From: a virus
Virus record (IMG/VR): IMGVR_UViG_3300028653_000014
Location: 19,070 to 83,069 of that record
Length of the DNA: 64,000 nucleotides
Direction: 5' to 3' (one strand)
Part shown: positions 48,735-56,401 of the stretch, piece after piece
How positions within the stretch are numbered: position 1 is the first letter of the stretch
Layout: every line of letters begins with the position of its first letter
The notes under the pieces: generated by a model
Told to the model about the DNA's origin: nothing
The model's input: the letters and a program-made list of their open reading frames with translations, nothing else
Database searches by the model: none
Made by a program: the position numbers and the translations under genes

Positions 48735-51701
48735 TCATTGCCCGAACGAGACTGAGCATCTGCAGTTAGCTACCTGCGAGACGTCACCATCTGGATCACC
48801 GGGGTAGTTCAGCGCGAACCCGTCAACGTCGAACGCCTCCTCAAGAGCGCGCTGCTGACCGTCGAGGCCGTCCACGAGTTCGTGTCGCGGATACAAAGCT
48901 CCCGGAGCCGTCATCCAAGTCTTGGGCATCGTCGAGCCGGTCGCCTGCCCGACGAGTTGCGCCGACGTGACCGCGGCGCCGTTCGCCAAACCGGTCATCT
49001 CCGTATTTCCCGTGTAGACGCCGTTCGCGATAAAGTACCCGTACGGCGTGCAGAGGTTGAAGACATAGCCAGCGAACGAGACCAGTCGACTCGCGATCAC
49101 GCGGTCCAACTGTATGTCTCCGGTCTCAGCGCGCGGGTGGTCGGGTCGGCTGTCGGCGTGGATAAGAGCGTCGTGCTGCGATGGGTCGACGCAGCCGGAA
49201 TACCTCGTCGCACTCTTCAGGAGGCTCGTGCTTTGTTCTTCGAGAACGGCGGGAACGTCCATAACCGCCGAGACGACATTAACGCTGCCGATGTGATCGA
49301 ACGCTTCAACTCGGGACGGGCGGTGAAAAAGATCGCCGGGGATCTGGACACGAGCGGAATTGTCATCCGACGAATCCTGCTCGAAAACGGGATCACCCCT
49401 CGAAACCCCGCAGAAGCAGGCGCTCTGGTCAATCGCCAGCAAGCCTCCGCACTCCGCGCAGAAGGGCGAATGTCCCAGTACGTCGGCTGGGGCGAAGACA
49501 TCATCGCCGAGATGCTCTCCGAGAGGGGCGAACATCCCGAGCGACAATTCCCCGTCGGGCCACGCAATCTCGACCTCGCCCTCATGCCCGTCGCCGTGGA
49601 AGTCTGGCTCTCCTCCGCTTCGCCTCTCAATGATCCCTACTGTCGCGACCGTCTCGAATATCTCAGCGATCGTGGCTGGTGGATTTGCTACATCTTCATC
49701 GCGCGCCGCACTCGGGTTTTGGTTCCCGAAGTAGCAGACGAGATCGTCTCCTTCGTTGAGTTCGCCCGCAGTTCTCCAGCCGCCGCGCGTGAGCATCGGG
49801 TGATTCGGGGTTGCGGTGAACTCGCGGCCAGATTCCATGACGATGACCGCCATGTCTCCCTCGTACCACCGTCTCGTGACTGCCCGCACCACAGCACCAT
49901 CAACAAGCGTCTCCGCGGGTAGACAGCGCGCGATCAGGGTGGAGCGGGTGACTGACGCCTGCTTCATGCCGGACCGGATCGCCTCGGCCGTGTCGGGGAT
50001 CGACAGTCCGGCCTGGTACGACTGGCCGATGATGTCCATCACGTCGGCCTGGGTCGTCTCGGTGATGTTCGTGACCTGGCTGGCGGACTTCGCGAGCACC
50101 CCGCTGATGAGCGGGTTGTGGACGTCCCAGTTCAGCCCGGCCGCTTCGAGGACAGGGGTCATGGCGGACTTGATGAACGCCTGCCGGATCGGCTCGGTGC
50201 GCGCCTTGATCTCAGCGATCAGCGCGGTCACGTCGAGGACTTCGGCCGGGGCGGGCGCTGTCCACTGCGGCGGGGTCGGCGTCGCGTCCTGATCGCCCGC
50301 GGCGGTCAACTGGCGAACCCCGGTCAGCGGGAAGTCTGCGACCACCTGGTTGCCCTGCACGATCTTCAGCGAGTCGAAGTGGAGTGGCGCGCCGAGTGTG
50401 GCCGTGTCGGGCGGCGCAGTCGAGTCATCCCGGTAGGCGATCGTCCCGTGTGGCTGGTAGCCGTGGTTGCGCGCGTAGTCGGCGTCCGCGACTAGCACCG
50501 CCGTACAGACCGCCTGGCGCAGCTCGACAAGCCCTGGCACGTCGGGAAGAACGATCGCTGGTGTCCCGTTGCCCTGGTCTTGGAACGCGCCGACACCGCC
50601 GACTGTCCCTTCGAGCGGCGGGTGAGACGCTGCGACGCGGGTGAGTGCGGTACGTACGGCGTCGACGGTCTCCTCGTCGGTGTCTCCGAGGTACGCGAGC
50701 GTCACGTGGATGTCCTCGGGCTTCTCGCCTCCCGTCTCAGCGATTGCGGCAGCCTCAGCCGGGCGCGGAAAGAGTGCGATCATGGTTGAGGCGCTCGTGA
50801 TGTCCGCAGCGGCCGTCAGCGCAAGTGACGCGAGCAGCGCGCGGCCTTCCTCCAACCCGATCGCACCGAGCGCGTCCCGGTCGGCACGGCGGGCAAGCGA
50901 GGCGGTGAGATGGTTCGTGACGCGGGACTGGAACGTGCGGGCCGCCTGCTCACCGGCCTGCTCTAGGATCGGCTGGATCGCGGCGGCGAGCTTCGGCTCC
51001 AACGCGTCGACGCGCTTCTGCGCCTCCGCCAGAACCTTGTTGTGGAGCAGAGGCGGGACGACCTTCGCGGGCGGCGCGGACTGCGGGGCGGCGTCGGCGG
51101 TCACGGCGTGGTCGGATTCTAGCCTCACCCATTCGTCACACACGTTCGACGGCGACACCGGCGCCCCGAACATCAGGCAGACGGCGTTCTCGTAGAACTT
51201 GCAGGTCGCGCAGGCCACGTCGGGGTCGTCCGATGCCCGGTAGTGGACGCGGGCCGGGATGCCGTCGTCCACAGGCTTGTCCCCATCTGTGGATTCGGCG
51301 AACGCCCGCTCGACGTGAGCCGCGACAATGGCAGGAAAGACGGCCTGGCGCGCATCTTCCGCAGTGGCGGGTTTGAGGATGTCGCTCAATCGAACCTCGT
51401 CGAACGCGGAGTCACGGACGACGCGAAACTCAAGTCCGCCCGGATTCGGGTTGGCGGCGGTAACGCGGGCGTTACTCGCAACCGTCCTGGCAGGGGAGAC
51501 CGAGGCTGGAACGCCGCCGTCCTCCCAAGCGTTGCAGAGCCGATCTCCTTGCACGGTCACGTCGAACCGTCCGCACTGGTCGACCGTCCCAGCGCCGTAG
51601 AACGAGCACGTCGCGCACGAGACCGCATGGGTCGGCGCAGGCCGGTACTGCTCCGACGCGGGGATCGTCCCGCGCCCGTCGTTCACAGTTCGCCCTTCCA
51701 C
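48735..51701 (-). CDS. MuF-like minor head protein with Cys-cluster repeats, a 2H phosphoesterase domain and an intein
   Basis: RSTLIAR|TE, KTW, RH, DGQ, YPGDP...NCRC; HVT and HGT 2H motifs. Confidence 0.85.
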   Translation of the reverse strand: MEGRTVNDGRGTIPASEQYRPAPTHAVSCATCSFYGAGTVDQCGRFDVTVQGDRLCNAWEDGGVPASVSPARTVASNARVTAANPNPGGLEFRVVRDSAFDEVRLSDILKPATAEDARQAVFPAIVAAHVERAFAESTDGDKPVDDGIPARVHYRASDDPDVACATCKFYENAVCLMFGAPVSPSNVCDEWVRLESDHAVTADAAPQSAPPAKVVPPLLHNKVLAEAQKRVDALEPKLAAAIQPILEQAGEQAARTFQSRVTNHLTASLARRADRDALGAIGLEEGRALLASLALTAAADITSASTMIALFPRPAEAAAIAETGGEKPEDIHVTLAYLGDTDEETVDAVRTALTRVAASHPPLEGTVGGVGAFQDQGNGTPAIVLPDVPGLVELRQAVCTAVLVADADYARNHGYQPHGTIAYRDDSTAPPDTATLGAPLHFDSLKIVQGNQVVADFPLTGVRQLTAAGDQDATPTPPQWTAPAPAEVLDVTALIAEIKARTEPIRQAFIKSAMTPVLEAAGLNWDVHNPLISGVLAKSASQVTNITETTQADVMDIIGQSYQAGLSIPDTAEAIRSGMKQASVTRSTLIARCLPAETLVDGAVVRAVTRRWYEGDMAVIVMESGREFTATPNHPMLTRGGWRTAGELNEGDDLVCYFGNQNPSAARDEDVANPPATIAEIFETVATVGIIERRSGGEPDFHGDGHEGEVEIAWPDGELSLGMFAPLGEHLGDDVFAPADVLGHSPFCAECGGLLAIDQSACFCGVSRGDPVFEQDSSDDNSARVQIPGDLFHRPSRVEAFDHIGSVNVVSAVMDVPAVLEEQSTSLLKSATRYSGCVDPSQHDALIHADSRPDHPRAETGDIQLDRVIASRLVSFAGYVFNLCTPYGYFIANGVYTGNTEMTGLANGAAVTSAQLVGQATGSTMPKTWMTAPGALYPRHELVDGLDGQQRALEEAFDVDGFALNYPGDPDGDVSQVANCRCSVSFGQ
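49005..49925 (-). mobile_element. Intein (307 aa) with no sense-strand endonuclease
   Basis: CLPAETLV, ATPNHPMLTRGGW..AGELNEGD, VFNL...YFIANGVYTGN|T. Confidence 0.9.
49065..49922 (+). CDS. HTH + Vsr/DUF559-like endonuclease encoded antisense within the intein (start uncertain; frame open from 48882)
   Basis: Two HTH-like segments; GEDIIAEMLSERG...ERQFPVGPRNLDLA..VAVEV...YLSDRGWWICYIF. Confidence 0.75.
   Translation: MASERDQSTRDHAVQLYVSGLSARVVGSAVGVDKSVVLRWVDAAGIPRRTLQEARALFFENGGNVHNRRDDINAADVIERFNSGRAVKKIAGDLDTSGIVIRRILLENGITPRNPAEAGALVNRQQASALRAEGRMSQYVGWGEDIIAEMLSERGEHPERQFPVGPRNLDLALMPVAVEVWLSSASPLNDPYCRDRLEYLSDRGWWICYIFIARRTRVLVPEVADEIVSFVEFARSSPAAAREHRVIRGCGELAARFHDDDRHVSLVPPSRDCPHHSTINKRLRG
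51459..51476. repeat. 18-bp pseudo-palindrome, copy 13 (intragenic)
   Basis: GGTAACGCGGGCGTTACT. Confidence 0.85.
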
Positions 51702-51871
51702 GACTCGATCACCTCTCGGAGCGCCCGTGCCTTCTCCGCCACCGCGTCCGTGATGAGCGCCTCGTCGGCGTACTCGATCTCGACGAGCAGGTCGAGTGCG
51801 GCGGCGGTGAACTCCGTCAGCACGAGCGACGGGCGCAGCCTCACGTACAGCACCGCTTCGCCCGGCACGGG

Positions 51872-54800
51872 CTACTTGCCCGCCGTCAGCAGTCCCTGAA
51901 CGAACTGCGGGAACGAGTCCGGCATCAGTTGCGGCTTCAAGTCGTACAGCGTGCGGGCCGCGTGCTTCTCGATCGTGTCCGCAATCGACGTCTGCACCCC
52001 GTCGTCCGTGATCCCGAACACCCTGAGCGCGTCGAGGATCAACGTGCGGGCGCCGCCGACGAGGGCGGCCTCTGACGGGACGTTGGGGAGGTTCCGCACG
52101 CGCGCACGTCCCAGAGTGGCTGCAACGTCGCGTGCCGGGACGCCCTCTATCAGCGCGAGGGTTTCATCGTCGCGACGTGCGAGCGTCCGTAGGCGGCTTC
52201 CTGCGGCCTCACGAGCACGTAGGAGCGCCAACTGGGCGGCGCCCTGAACCATCACCGTCTGTGCCCGCTGCGCGGACGCCACGACCTCGTTGTCGACCCC
52301 GGCCGGGTCGTCCTTCGGCACAGGCGGCGTCTTCTCGACGTCGGCCGCCGTGACTCCGCCATCGCCTGTAGTGCCACCGTCTGGACCGGGCGAGACGAGC
52401 GTGTCCGAGTCCGGCTCAAGTTCGGAGTTCTGCCTGAGCGACGGGACGCCGTAGACAGCCAGCGACGGGTCGCGCAGCTTGACGCCGAGCCAACGGTTCC
52501 GCTCCTCCTCGGTCGGCGCGTCGTTGTCGCCGAAGTTCGCGACACCGCGCAGCGCCTCGTCACCGATGACGCCACGGTCGTGGAGGTCCTTCGCGTCCTT
52601 CGTGCGGTCCGGATGGTTGATGACCGCGGTCGCGTCGTACGCGATCACGTATTTCCCCCAGTCCGCGATGTTCTGATCCATCAGGTACGGGGACAGGTAG
52701 GCGTCCGTCAAGTCCTGCACGAGCGAATCCGCGACAGGCTGCAGGTGGTACTTCCACGTGATCTCGTCGATGTTCCAGGCGCTGTTGCCGGTGAAGAACG
52801 TCCGCCCGTCCCGCCGCGCAAGCCATGTGCGGTTCACCGTGGTGGGGCACCAGACGACTCCCGAGTAACTGACTATCTCGTCCGTGGCGCCGTCGTCGTT
52901 GAACTGCCGTCCGGCTTCCTGCGCCGCCTTGACAGGCCGTACCGCCAGAGAGCGCAGCGCCCGCACGACAACACCGCCATCGTGTGACGGTTGCCGGGAG
53001 GCGGCGCGGCCCGAGAGGATCACCGCAAGCTCGAATGCGTCGAGCCGGGCCGGGTCCTTCTGCCAGACGTCGAGTAGGCCGCCGCGGTAATGATGGCCGT
53101 CCCCCTGGCAGGAGACGTCGATGAAGAGTTCTAGTTGCGCCCTGCTCAGCGCCGAGATGAACTCCGGGCTGACGCATTTCGACGGCGCGATGTCGAGCAG
53201 GGGCTTCGACGCCTGCTGGTTCAGGTGGAAGACGGTGATGGGGACGCCGTGACTTCCATCGTTCTGCTGAATGGCCTCACGCCATGCCGGGACACCGAGC
53301 ATCCTCGTCTTGCCGACCGATGGTCCGTAGAGACGGGTCAGGCAGCCGCGGATGCGCTCCACCCTGTCGGCGTTCCGGGTGTGGGACTGAGCGATCGACA
53401 GCGTCTTGCCTCGCGCGTGTCCTTCCGTCCAGAACCAGGCGGCAAGCTCTACTAGATCGTCCGGAACGACGGCAAGATTCTCGTCGCCCGCGAACGCACC
53501 CGTGATGATCGAATCGGCAGCGGTCAGGCGCTTCGTTGTCGTCCACTCCCGCGATACGTACGGAACCTTGTCCTTGTGCCGAAGCCGTGTAACCGGCCAG
53601 CGATGGTTCAGCGTCGTGAGCGAACTGTGCGTGCGACTCTCCAGCCGACGCATCGGCTCGTTCGTCACGCCAGCGCGATAGATGTCCAGAACGGGCTGCC
53701 ACTCGGCGAGGCCGGTCTCGTGATTGAGAGTGCGTACGACGTCGCCCGTTTCGAGGTCGTCGTGCGTCACCCATCCTCTGTCCTTCGTCAGAATCTCCGT
53801 CGATTCGTCCGAGCACCAGTGGTTGACGTCGCCCAATCCGAGAAGGACTTCGGGCGGCATGTCGAGCGAGACGGCGAGGCGGCGGATGCACTCGTCGCGC
53901 AGCCCGGTCTCCGGGTACACCTGGGTCGGGTCGATGATCTGGAGATGGAAGACCAAGTCGGAGAGTTTCATCCCTTCAGGGACGCGCACACGGGCGACGA
54001 GCGGTACGACGGCCCCGGCGGTGCCTTCGTTGATGATCGGCTTCGTCATCGCCTCCGTCAGGTCGGCGAGGAACGGGTCCTCCTGCGGGTCCTCGTCCGG
54101 GGCGGCCTCTGACGGGGTGGTGGTGATCCGGTCGTCGATGAACAGGACGCCGGAGCCTGCGAGGCGTGACCGGGCGCGGGCACGGACGGCCTGCGTGAGG
54201 AGCACGTACTCCTCCAGGATGTCCAGGCACGCCATGACGGACGAGTCGGCCAGCGACGACCAGCGCGGATGCCGTTTCCAGATCCGGTAGGCGACCGCCG
54301 TGTCTGCGAGCGGCTCGAAGTCCTTGTCGGGGGCCGGGTAGAACTGGTTCGCGGGAAGCTGCGGCGCCTTGAAGCGGGTGTAGAGGCCCTCGATCAGCCG
54401 CACCTCGTCGGTGGAGAGCATCTCCCACTGTTCCAGCTTCGTCCGCTGGTTGATCGTGACGAGCAGATACGCCTCGCCGACGAGGAACATCAGGCGGCCG
54501 TAGTTCGCCAACAGCCCGGTGCGCCCGGTGCCGCCCGGGTCTTTGATCCGGGCGAGCGCGTCGATGACGACCTCGTTCTTCGTACGGACGACCTCGCCCG
54601 TCTCCTCGTCGATCTCCCCGGCGAACAACTCCAACTGGGCGAGTGCGCGGCTGTAGAACTGGGCGGCGTACTTGAGCGGCCCGACGATATCGTAGTAGCC
54701 CATCGCGCGTACCTGCCACGCCTGGATCAGTCGGCGCAGATAGGTCGCGTCGCCGTGCTGCACCAACTCCCCTGCCGCGGTGAGTGAGCCGGGCTGCTCT

Positions 54801-54916
54801 GCCCGGAGCCGATCCATTTCGGCCCGGACGGCGTTGTGGCGTGCGCTGACCCGATCAGGGGACGCGTCCTTATAGAGAACCGGGGTTGTGTCGCGGCGGC
54901 GACTGAACAGCGCCAT
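51872..54916 (-). CDS. Portal protein with intein
   Basis: WQ..A..YYD.VG, VGEAYL, RIW..HP, SRLAGSG, LDMPPEVLLG...NHW|SAW. Confidence 0.85.
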   Translation of the reverse strand: MALFSRRRDTTPVLYKDASPDRVSARHNAVRAEMDRLRAEQPGSLTAAGELVQHGDATYLRRLIQAWQVRAMGYYDIVGPLKYAAQFYSRALAQLELFAGEIDEETGEVVRTKNEVVIDALARIKDPGGTGRTGLLANYGRLMFLVGEAYLLVTINQRTKLEQWEMLSTDEVRLIEGLYTRFKAPQLPANQFYPAPDKDFEPLADTAVAYRIWKRHPRWSSLADSSVMACLDILEEYVLLTQAVRARARSRLAGSGVLFIDDRITTTPSEAAPDEDPQEDPFLADLTEAMTKPIINEGTAGAVVPLVARVRVPEGMKLSDLVFHLQIIDPTQVYPETGLRDECIRRLAVSLDMPPEVLLGLGDVNHWCSDESTEILTKDRGWVTHDDLETGDVVRTLNHETGLAEWQPVLDIYRAGVTNEPMRRLESRTHSSLTTLNHRWPVTRLRHKDKVPYVSREWTTTKRLTAADSIITGAFAGDENLAVVPDDLVELAAWFWTEGHARGKTLSIAQSHTRNADRVERIRGCLTRLYGPSVGKTRMLGVPAWREAIQQNDGSHGVPITVFHLNQQASKPLLDIAPSKCVSPEFISALSRAQLELFIDVSCQGDGHHYRGGLLDVWQKDPARLDAFELAVILSGRAASRQPSHDGGVVVRALRSLAVRPVKAAQEAGRQFNDDGATDEIVSYSGVVWCPTTVNRTWLARRDGRTFFTGNSAWNIDEITWKYHLQPVADSLVQDLTDAYLSPYLMDQNIADWGKYVIAYDATAVINHPDRTKDAKDLHDRGVIGDEALRGVANFGDNDAPTEEERNRWLGVKLRDPSLAVYGVPSLRQNSELEPDSDTLVSPGPDGGTTGDGGVTAADVEKTPPVPKDDPAGVDNEVVASAQRAQTVMVQGAAQLALLRAREAAGSRLRTLARRDDETLALIEGVPARDVAATLGRARVRNLPNVPSEAALVGGARTLILDALRVFGITDDGVQTSIADTIEKHAARTLYDLKPQLMPDSFPQFVQGLLTAGK
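52784..53815 (-). mobile_element. Intein (344 aa) with LAGLIDADG endonuclease
   Basis: CSDESTEILT..RGW, TLNHRW, AAWFWTEG, SCQGDG, VWCPTT...FFTGN|S. Confidence 0.92.
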
Positions 54917-54925
54917 GCGGGGCTG

Positions 54926-55129
54926 CTAGGGCTTCGGGGGGCCGTTGTGGGCCGACGACGCCTCGGCCGGGCCGTTCACAGGCCGCTGGGGTCCTGACCA
55001 GTAGTAGTCGGGCGTTCCTGGCCCTCCGCCGCGGCGTACCGGCTCGGGCGCTCCGGGACGTACCTGGCGGGCCACTGGCTCACGCCGCACCTGCGGGTTC
55101 TGCTGCGACCCGCCACAGTTGCACGGCAT
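54926..55129 (-). CDS. Small MPCNCGG protein
   Basis: SD GGGAG; directly upstream of the portal gene. Confidence 0.55.
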   Translation of the reverse strand: MPCNCGGSQQNPQVRREPVARQVRPGAPEPVRRGGGPGTPDYYWSGPQRPVNGPAEASSAHNGPPKP

Positions 55130-55165
55130 CTAGAAGCTCTCCCTCATGTCGCCTGCTCCTTCCGG

Positions 55166-55399
55166 CTATGCCGTTGGGGGTTGGTTCTTCAACGCCTGAG
55201 CCTTCGCCCCGGCGGTCACGCCCGTGTGGACTCCGAAGATCGCGATGGCCGCGACCGCGACGGGGGAGATGACGAGCATCGCCTGGGTGCCCGTGACGCT
55301 GCCGTGCCACGTCAAGGCTCCGAGGAGCGCGAGCACCCCGAGGATGACGAGGGTGCCTGCGACGACGAGGATGTTCGGGTTAGCGCCTGTGACGTTCAC
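55166..55399 (-). CDS. Small 2-TM membrane protein (leaderless)
   Basis: GTG 55399 lies 7 nt after TACGAT. Confidence 0.6.
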   Translation of the reverse strand: MNVTGANPNILVVAGTLVILGVLALLGALTWHGSVTGTQAMLVISPVAVAAIAIFGVHTGVTAGAKAQALKNQPPTA

Positions 55400-55432
55400 G
55401 CGGCAAATCGTACTGCGGCGATTCCAGACCCA

Positions 55433-55504
55433 AGACCGCGCCGGGAGTCGAACCCGGTTGTGCGGCTTTGCAGGCCGCCACCTAAGCCGTTCGGTCACGC
55501 GGTC
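55433..55504 (-). tRNA. tRNA-Cys(GCA)
   Basis: Acceptor GACCGCG/CGCGGTC; anticodon arm GCGGC-CTGCAAA-GCCGC; T loop GTTCGAC. Confidence 0.9.
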
Positions 55505-55506
55505 AA

Positions 55507-55589
55507 CGGAAGCTGAAGGAATCGAACCCTCGGGCTTTCGACCCGGCCTGGTTTTCGGGACCAGTTTGCCCCCACGGGCGCCAGCTTCC
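55507..55589 (-). tRNA. tRNA-Ser(CGA), atypical D arm
   Basis: GGAAGCT/AGCTTCC; CTGGT-CCCGAAA-ACCAG; long variable arm; discriminator G. Confidence 0.75.
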
Positions 55590-55591
55590 AG

Positions 55592-55675
55592 CGGCGGGGG
55601 TCGGAATCGAACCGACTCGGGCTATTGACCCTTACGCAGTTAGCGGCTGCGCTCCTGACCGTTCGGGTCCCCGCC
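55592..55675 (-). tRNA. tRNA-Ser(GCT)
   Basis: GGCGGGG/CCCCGCC; CGCAG-CCGCTAA-CTGCG; long variable arm; discriminator G. Confidence 0.8.
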
Positions 55676-55738
55676 GAGGCTACGCGCTACAGCGCGAAGA
55701 TGATGACAGCGGGGTGATACTCGGCCAGGTCATTTCAG

Positions 55739-55809
55739 GAGCGCCCCTGCGAGTTGAACCCAGTTCTCAGCCTTATGAGGGCCGCGTGTTGCCGTTTCAC
55801 TCGGGCGCT
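55739..55809 (-). tRNA. tRNA with CAT anticodon (Met or Ile2), possibly degenerate
   Basis: AGCGCCC/GGGCGCT; CGGCC-CTCATAA-GGCTG; G-G mismatch in the T stem. Confidence 0.6.
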
Positions 55810-56035
55810 GCGCGAGATACTACCGTGAAGTCCACGCTGTCGTTGGTGTCCATCACGATGAAGGCGCGGTCTCTGAGACCTACCCGGACGAGTTCACCTA
55901 CCAGCGCTTCAACGAACTCGGGGATGCTGTCGGGCGACTCGTCCGCGTCATCGGGAAGGGCGCTGTTGACGCGGATGATGAGCCGGTCGTCGGGGCCTAC
56001 CCGGAGCGCTTCCGCGTTGACGATGCGAACCTCGG

Positions 56036-56401
56036 TCACGGGTCGATGAACCTCGACCAGGCGCCGACGACGGTGCTGAGCGCTAACGGGACGGCCGCGT
56101 ACAGCGTCCAGCGCGGCTCGAACCGCCACGCGACATATGCCGCCGTGCTCAGCCACAGGCCGGAGCAGTACGAGCACGCAATCAGGTCTGCGAGCCACTG
56201 CCGCCGGTACGTGACGGTGTTCTGTACCTGCTCATTCGTGACGCCCAGCCGGGCGTTCGTAGACCCGTTGCTTGTGTGCTGCTCCCCGGTCGCCCAGGCG
56301 CGCACACGGATCAGGTACGGCATGTGGTCCCAGCCGATGAGACGAACGAGCCGGAAGACGGCGAGCGTCAAGATGACCGCGATGTACGGATGTGGTGTCA
56401 C
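56036..56401 (-). CDS. DUF1360-like membrane protein
   Basis: LAVFRLVRLI..D...LIACSYCSGLW. Confidence 0.7.
   Translation of the reverse strand: MTPHPYIAVILTLAVFRLVRLIGWDHMPYLIRVRAWATGEQHTSNGSTNARLGVTNEQVQNTVTYRRQWLADLIACSYCSGLWLSTAAYVAWRFEPRWTLYAAVPLALSTVVGAWSRFIDP

Noticed and set aside
55507-55589. tRNA-Sec or 8/4-9/3 allo-tRNA
   Set aside because: The anticodon is CGA, not TCA, and it folds as a 7-bp acceptor stem plus 5-bp T stem.
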